NCBI GenBank assembly: GCA_973895155.1 | Contig: OZ316892.1 | Span: 6,376,847 to 6,440,846 of the forward strand | Source: Marsupella aquatica | Taxonomy: Eukaryota; Plantae; Marchantiophyta | DNA length: 64,000 nucleotides | Direction of reading: 5' to 3' | In this document: positions 62,001-64,000 of the stretch, piece by piece | Layout: each line of letters starts with the position of its first letter | Position numbering within the stretch: position 1 is the stretch's first letter | Translations under genes and position numbers: made by a program | The notes under the pieces: generated by a model | Seen by the model: the letters and a program-made list of their open reading frames with translations, nothing else | Told to the model about the DNA's origin: nothing | The model's database searches: none

Positions 62001-62265
62001 CAAGAGAAATCAAGTTCTTTTTCATGTCAGGTATGTGTCTGACATTACTCACTGTTCGCACAGCTCCATCAAACATCCGAATTTTCACAGATCCAATTCC
62101 AACAATTTGACAAGGATGATCATTCCCCATCAACACGGAACCGGTTGATATTGAGTAAGAACTAAAAAACTCTTTCATACAACAAATATGATAGGTACAG
62201 GCACAATCTAGAATCCATTCATCACCGTTGTTACTGGATGAAATGCAAAGGGCAACATCTTGACT
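59039..62265 (-). pseudogene. Ty1/copia pol (protease, GAG-pre-integrase, integrase, RT, RNase H) with one internal stop (60733) and one frameshift (~60460)
   Basis: WILDCACTYH, LWHYRLGHMS..CEHCVLGK, VHSDVWGP, LRSDNGGEY, TPQQNGVCERLNRTL, YKARLVAKGFTQ, QMDVVTAFL, LYGLKQAPRQW, LYVDDMLI, GYVDSD, STTEAEY, KHIDIRYHFIR. Confidence 0.95.
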
Positions 62266-63192
62266 TCACAAGATTTCATCATCAAGCAAGTCAATCATAT
62301 CAATATCAGTGGCTGCGTTCACTGATGGTTGATGAGTCTGCTTGACTCGACAGTCTCTTTTCATGTGGCCGGGCTTGTTACATTTCCAGCATATAATTGG
62401 TTTCCTTTCTAGAGATTTCTCTCTAGATCTGGATCTAGACTTAGACCGAGCCTTCTCCTTGCCTCTGTTCCGTGAGGGGTATGATTGTGAAAATGACATG
62501 TTTTCACTAGTCATCCGCTGTTGAGTCCTCTCGCGGTTCACATTCAACACACTGCTAGATGAAGATGGTGTCTGGGTATGACCCAATTTCTTCTGTGCAT
62601 CATCTGACAGCAAAGAGCTTACCACCTCATCATATGAAATGGTTTTGAGGTCTCTATACAAGAGAACCTGCTTCAAACCTTGATACGATGGGGGTAAGGA
62701 GTTGAGAAGAAGCAATGCCTTATCTTCATCTTCCATTCCCTTGCCAAGATTTGACAAATCTACAGCTAGACTATCAAATTCATCCAAGTGATCTCGAAGC
62801 TTGCCTCCTTCTTTTAGCCTCAAGCTCATCAAGAGAGATTTCTTGTACAACCGATCTGAGGCATCCTCGCGGTAGTACATCTCTCTGAGGGCCTTGAATA
62901 AGGATACGCAATCCTCGTAATCGTCTAGCTTCTTAATGATATGCGGCTTCAGATACAACATAACCGTATTCACAGCGATCACTTGCTCCTGCCTCCATTT
63001 CCTCAACGGGATCTCCTCCTCACTGCTAGACTCCTCCCGAGTCGAAAGCAGATGATCTAGGCCCATAGCACGAAGAATTTCCTTAACCTGTTTCTCCCAT
63101 AGCAAATAATCCGTGCGCCCATCATACTTTTCCACCTCAAACTTGACACCTCCAAACTTGGATGCCATCGTTGTCCTCCCGACGTTCTCCAC
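62266..63192 (-). CDS. Ty1/copia Gag (~300 aa); 5' LTR lies beyond the window
   Basis: FEVEKYDGRTDYLLW, KALLLLNSLPPSY and zinc knuckle CWKCNKPGHMKRDC. It ends in a TGA in frame with pol. Confidence 0.9.
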   Translation of the reverse strand: MENVGRTTMASKFGGVKFEVEKYDGRTDYLLWEKQVKEILRAMGLDHLLSTREESSSEEEIPLRKWRQEQVIAVNTVMLYLKPHIIKKLDDYEDCVSLFKALREMYYREDASDRLYKKSLLMSLRLKEGGKLRDHLDEFDSLAVDLSNLGKGMEDEDKALLLLNSLPPSYQGLKQVLLYRDLKTISYDEVVSSLLSDDAQKKLGHTQTPSSSSSVLNVNRERTQQRMTSENMSFSQSYPSRNRGKEKARSKSRSRSREKSLERKPIICWKCNKPGHMKRDCRVKQTHQPSVNAATDIDMIDLLDDEIL

Positions 63193-64000
63193 ATGCTATT
63201 TCTCTGTTGCTCCCTATATCCTTTTGTCGCTTTTTCCTTCCTTCCGTCCCGTTGACTCAAATCCAAATCATGAAAAAATGTCATTTTTCACAACTTTCCA
63301 AAAAACTTGAAACTTGTCACTGCCACGTAGCCCACCAGCCTAGCAAGCCAATGCTGAAATCCAAAATCGAAACCGAGTTCCAACGAAAAACTTTTTCACG
63401 TTTTGATCGGGGTGGGTAAAACTCAAAAAATTCTCCCCCGTTTTGACCACCTCGGGGAATAAAAAAAATTCCAAGTACCACCCGTCGTTGAAAATGAAAA
63501 TCGAGTGGTGCACCGCGTTGCTAGCTTCAGTGGCTACGTCCTCGCCAAAAAAAATCCGAAAAAAGTTACCGTTCGGACCTTGGAATCTTCGACTAAAGGC
63601 CAAAAAACAGCTCTCTGTTTTTTTGGAATATTCCCCGGACTGTGCGGCAGGTCGCACAGGGGGCTGTTCCCCCTGTCTGAGCGGTTAAATTGTCGGGTCA
63701 CCGGGCCCGGGATGCCGCTTAGCCAATGGGAGAAAGAGGAGAAAAAGGAAAAAATTGCCCTAAAAAGGGGTTGAATCCCTTTTCAAAAAATACAGTGTAT
63801 TAAGGGCCAGGGATACGCTGGTACGCGGACGGGATACTACGCATATACATATGTGGGTGGGAGGTGGGGTACTCTGCCTTAATGGCTCATAGGGCAGCGT
63901 GCCCTCCTGGCCTGGCTCCCCCTCTTTAATTGCCTCACAAGGCCCTATGCAAGGGCACAAGGCCCTATGGTGGAGGGGAGGCGTGCAGAAAAGAGGAGAG

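Overview
Eukaryotic nuclear DNA from a land plant, probably a seed-free lineage such as a bryophyte (inferred from gene content and style; the species cannot be identified from the sequence). The first 40 kb is gene-rich and holds five host genes reconstructed by hand from GT-AG splice sites: Integrator subunit 3 (-), an RNI/LRR-like protein resembling Arabidopsis At4g26980 (+), a Golgi Qa-SNARE SYP3/syntaxin-5 (+), an Lsi2/ArsB-type metalloid efflux transporter (+) and the one-helix protein OHP1 (-). It also has a Copia gag relic, a SINE and small duplications. The last 24 kb is a nested transposon cluster: a decayed hAT transposase split by a 4,123-bp TG...CA insertion (5-bp TSD) that carries its own genes, an LTR fragment, a two-gene DNA transposon, a Ty3/gypsy 5' LTR plus gag, and a Ty1/copia inserted into that gag. 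The best candidate for something new is the two-gene element (~47.7-55.9 kb). It has a 6-exon DDE transposase with Kolobok-type motifs and a HeH/SAP-like insert, convergent with a small KolX/P2X7-ballast-like gene; this is the Kolobok architecture, which is known mainly outside land plants. Secondary candidates are the gene-bearing giant solo LTR and a ~180-bp GT-AG-bounded repeat present at two apparently unrelated sites (introner-like). All family assignments come from motif recognition; no database search was run.
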